A stretch of 64,000 bases of DNA from Dictyostelium discoideum (taxonomy: Eukaryota), in NCBI GenBank assembly GCA_000004695.1, contig CM000153.2, positions 2,336,001 through 2,400,000 of the forward strand, in the 5' to 3' direction. Below, one piece after another: positions 57,810 through 64,000 of the stretch (position 1 is its first letter; each line of letters starts with the position of its first letter). The notes beneath the pieces are model-generated. The model worked only from the letters and a program-made list of their open reading frames with translations, was not told the DNA's origin and made no database searches. The position numbers and the translations under genes were made by a program.

Positions 57810-58344
57810 TGTTGGGGAAAAAAAAAAAAAGTTTTGGCCCAAAAAAAAAAAAAAAATTAAATTAAAAAAAAAAAAAATTAAATTAAAAAAAAAAAAAATT
57901 AAAAAACCTTTTTTTAAAACTATTATTCAATTAAAAAATAATATTTTAATAAACTTTTTTTGTTTTTTGAAAAAAAAAAATTTTAGGGCCAGGAATTTTT
58001 TTTTTTCCTTCCCCTCCTGGGGGAAATTTAATTAATAAATTTCCTTCCCCTCCTGTAGTGAAATTTTTTTTAAAATTCCCTCCCACCCTTTAATTTATAA
58101 AATTTATTATGAATAAAAAAAATTATTTTTATATTTCCAAAATTTATTATATTTTAAAAGAAAAAAAAATTTAATTTTTTAATTAATGAATAGAAAAAAT
58201 TTTATTTTCATTTTTTTTTTTGGGGGTTACCCCCTTTTTTTTTTTTTTTTTTAGTGTCCAATATGGTGATTTTTCCAATTGATAAAAAAAATTTTTTTTT
58301 TTTAAATTTTTTTTTTTTTTTTAAAAAAATTCAATTTCTTTTTT

Positions 58345-58409
<65 letters not shown>

Positions 58410-58560
58410 ATTTTTTTTTTTTATTAATATTATTGTTTTTTTTTATAAATTAATTATTTTTATCTATTTCTTTAAGACAAATTATATAAATCAATTATAT
58501 AAATAGATAATATAAAGAAAAATAGGAATAATAAAATAAATAAAAAAATAAAATAAAAAG

Positions 58561-61811
<3,251 letters not shown>

Positions 61812-61941
61812 AAAAAAAAAAAATTGCAATAAATAGTAAAAAGAATAATAATAATAATAAAATTAAATTAAAAATAAATGATATCATTTAATTGATTTTA
61901 AAGGTTTTTTTATTTAATTTTATTTTTTCAATTTATAATTA

Positions 61942-62964
61942 TTAATTATTATTTGATGGTAATAAATCAGCAATTGTATTTGTATAATAATTTGGATTAA
62001 TTTTTGAATCGATATTATTAATTTCATTTAATTTTGATATACCTGTCAAAACTAATAGACTCCTTATTCCTCCATTAACAGCAAAAGCGATATCAGTATC
62101 TAATCTATCACCAACAAATAAAGTTCTCTCTGGATTTAAATTATCTTTTTTTAAAATTACATCTAATAGTAGTGTTTCAGGTTTACCAATTGTAATGGGT
62201 TTAACTCCAGTTGAAGTTTGTATCATTGCTACGATTGAACCTGCACCTGGCAATGTTTTTTCATTTTTCACTGGATATGAAGTATCAGGATTGGTTGCAA
62301 TAAATAAACAACCTTCAATTTCTTTTATACACATATGAGCATAAGTTGCCTTTTGAAATGTTAATTGTGTATCCATACCAACTATAACTGCACCAACATC
62401 TTTATCAATAGCTGTATTTTGAACACTATCTAATCCATCTTTTAATTTATTAATCTATAGATTTGGATTATTTTTATAATTATTATTTTTATTATTTTTA
62501 AAATTAATGATTGAATAATCAGTAAATTAATTATGTATGAGTATATATTTTTTGATTTTATTTACTTCTTTAATAGTTTTAAAATTTTGATCGTTTAATT
62601 CTTTTTCTAAACCATGTTCGCCAATAATGAAGACTTTTTTAGTTTCTTTTGGGAAGTTGATTTGATTTAGATAAATTGCAGCCCCATATGATGATCCATA
62701 CACCTCATCTATGAAAGCTTCGATATTAAATGATTTGATTTTCTCCAAGAATTGTTGTCTAGTTTTCGTACTATTATTTGTAACAAAAAGAATCTTTTTT
62801 CCAAGTGTTTGTCTTAAATAATTTAAAGTTTCAATAGCTCCTGGTACAATAGTATCTGCAATCCACAATACACCATCACAATCAAAAATAAATGTATCAA
62901 TTGAATCTATAAAAGATTTTTTATTTTCTTCATCAATTTTTGTACTATAGGTTACCAAATTCAT
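61942..62964 (-). CDS. HAD-IIA phosphatase (phosphoglycolate phosphatase/PNPPase, PGP/Pho13 family), 2 exons, about 303 aa
   Basis: Exon 1 is 62566..62964 (FIFDCDGVLW ... FVTNNSTKTRQQF). The intron is 62455..62565 (GTAAAT...CTATAG). Exon 2 is 61942..62454 (GKPETLLLDVI...VGDRLDTDIAFAVNGG...). Confidence 0.8.
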
Positions 62965-63421
62965 TTTTATTATTACTATTATATCTGAAAATTAATATTC
63001 AAAAAAATAAATTGATTAAAAAAAAAAAATTGAAAAAAAGTAAAAAAAGAATGATTAAAAAAAAAAGAAAAAAAATTTAATTTTATTTTTCTTTTTTTTT
63101 GTTTTATTTAGCAAATGATTTAATTTGATTTATTTTTAATATGAATTTGGTATAGATATATATATGTTGGTCATTGAATTGTCCAATTTTTTTTTTTTTT
63201 AAATTATTATTGTTATTATTTATTTAAATAAATTAATAAATATTAATAGTAATTTAAATTTTATTTTTTGTATTATTGTTTTTTTATTTTAAATTTCCCA
63301 TTTCATTTCCGACTTTAAAAAAAAAAAAAAAACCATATTTTGGTCACTGCTTTTCCTAAATCTACAAAACAAAAACCAAAAAAAAAGGTTTTATTCTTTG
63401 TATAACATTTTTTAACAAAAA

Positions 63422-63453
<32 letters not shown>

Positions 63454-63479
63454 ATTGAATAAATATTATTATCAATTAT

Positions 63480-64000
63480 TTATTTGGTAATTGAATCTTC
63501 TTTTTTTGATATTGGATTTTCATCAATCATTGTTGAGGAATTTGAAATTGATGATGACATAGTTGAATTTGAGGAGGAAGAGGAATAGTTTGAAGAAATA
63601 GTTGAACTACCTTCCATTCCTTTAATTGGTTTTGATAAAGATAAAAGTTCTTGGATTGATTGTTTCAAAGAGAAATTATCATTTGTTAAAAGTGTTCCAC
63701 GCATTGGTGAAGATAATTTACTATGATAAGGTGACATTCTACTCAAAGAAGGTGATGTGAAAGAAGCAATATTTAAGTTTGTTGCATATGAGCCATCAGC
63801 ACTTCCACTTCCATAACTATTGCTACTACCACCACCACTACTATCAACTAAACCAGGATTAGTTGACCATTTTGGATTAAAACTTAATACATTCTCTGTG
63901 ACTCGATTAATTACATTTACAAATGCGCTCCTCCATTGTTCTTTCTCTTCTTCATTTGGTAAACAAATCACTAATGTACAGTCCAAAGTGTGTAATTTAA
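63480..64000 (-). CDS. Partial gene (3' part only): protein with a PH-domain-like C-terminal helix (CLPNEEEKEQWRSAF) followed by a Ser-rich tail
   Basis: The ORF runs off the window edge. Only the motif-level resemblance supports the call. Confidence 0.4.
   Translation of the reverse strand, partial: KLHTLDCTLVICLPNEEEKEQWRSAFVNVINRVTENVLSFNPKWSTNPGLVDSSGGGSSNSYGSGSADGSYATNLNIASFTSPSLSRMSPYHSKLSSPMRGTLLTNDNFSLKQSIQELLSLSKPIKGMEGSSTISSNYSSSSSNSTMSSSISNSSTMIDENPISKKEDSITK

Larger units (their letters stand above)
54565..58078 (-). mobile_element. Tdd-4-like DNA transposon: imperfect ~70-bp terminal inverted repeats enclosing an intron-containing retroviral-integrase-like gene, interrupted by an assembly gap
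   Basis: The left end is GGGAATTTTCCATAAAATTTCACTACAGTAGCGTAGTGAATTTTATTATTTAATTTCCC. The right end is GGGAAATTTAATTAATAAATTTCCTTCCCCTCCTGTAGTGAAATTTTTTTTAAAATTCCC, and its reverse complement aligns to the left end. Both share the AAATTTCACTACAG core. Internal minus-strand exons are 57656..57759 (MKQDKINEIINYL...), 57336..57571 (HHCC zinc finger, MHKGHIGRDATYGN...CDICQ), ~57041..57268 (first D of the DDE core, YDTDVVYIILCIDSFTKFATGR) and ~56663..56971 (WHCDNGREF ... GAPRTPTTQGMVERLNRTIKE). They then run through 56319..56588 and 56095..56248 up to the gap. Intron donors are GTAAAT, GTTTGG, GTATTT and GTAAGT. Confidence 0.65.

Overview
The window is very AT-rich eukaryotic DNA (about 75-80% A+T) with the hallmarks of a Dictyostelium (social amoeba) chromosome. 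It has short, AT-rich GTAAGT/GTATGT...AG introns, coding poly-Asn/poly-Gln tracts, (AAT)n/(ATT)n microsatellites, long homopolymer dA/dT runs and compact intergenic spacers. It is not prokaryotic, so there are no operons or CRISPR arrays. By translating the supplied ORFs and stitching exons by eye I can support about 22 protein-coding genes. These are a Tgr-like Ig/IPT membrane glycoprotein, mannose-6-phosphate isomerase, a bacterial-type (PLD/HKD) cardiolipin-synthase-like protein, a SIN1/RIP3-like TORC2 subunit with extreme polyQ, a DNA2 nuclease-helicase encoded by two ORFs joined across a 90-nt intron, a small GPI-anchored protein, COX6B, a repeat/RGG protein, porphobilinogen deaminase, B12-dependent methionine synthase, a mucin-like minisatellite protein, an enolase-superfamily dipeptide-epimerase-like enzyme, a TBC RabGAP with EF-hands, a Pol X (pol beta-like) polymerase, a hypothetical protein, a CDK-site-rich protein, a microbial-type terpene synthase, coatomer beta, a phosphoglycolate-phosphatase-like HAD enzyme and a partial PH-domain protein. 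The most distinctive non-housekeeping content is a ~3.5-kb DNA transposon (54565-58078) bounded by ~70-bp imperfect terminal inverted repeats. It carries an intron-containing retroviral-integrase-like gene (HHCC zinc finger plus DDE core), resembling Tdd-4, and is interrupted by a 120-N assembly gap. Other notable items are a ~250-bp palindromic MITE-like element inside an unusually long Pol X intron, a ~5-kb ORF-free stretch with G-box-like GT-rich islands, and a candidate small Pol III-type ncRNA. All coordinates come from manual splice-site reading and are approximate to a few nucleotides where stated.
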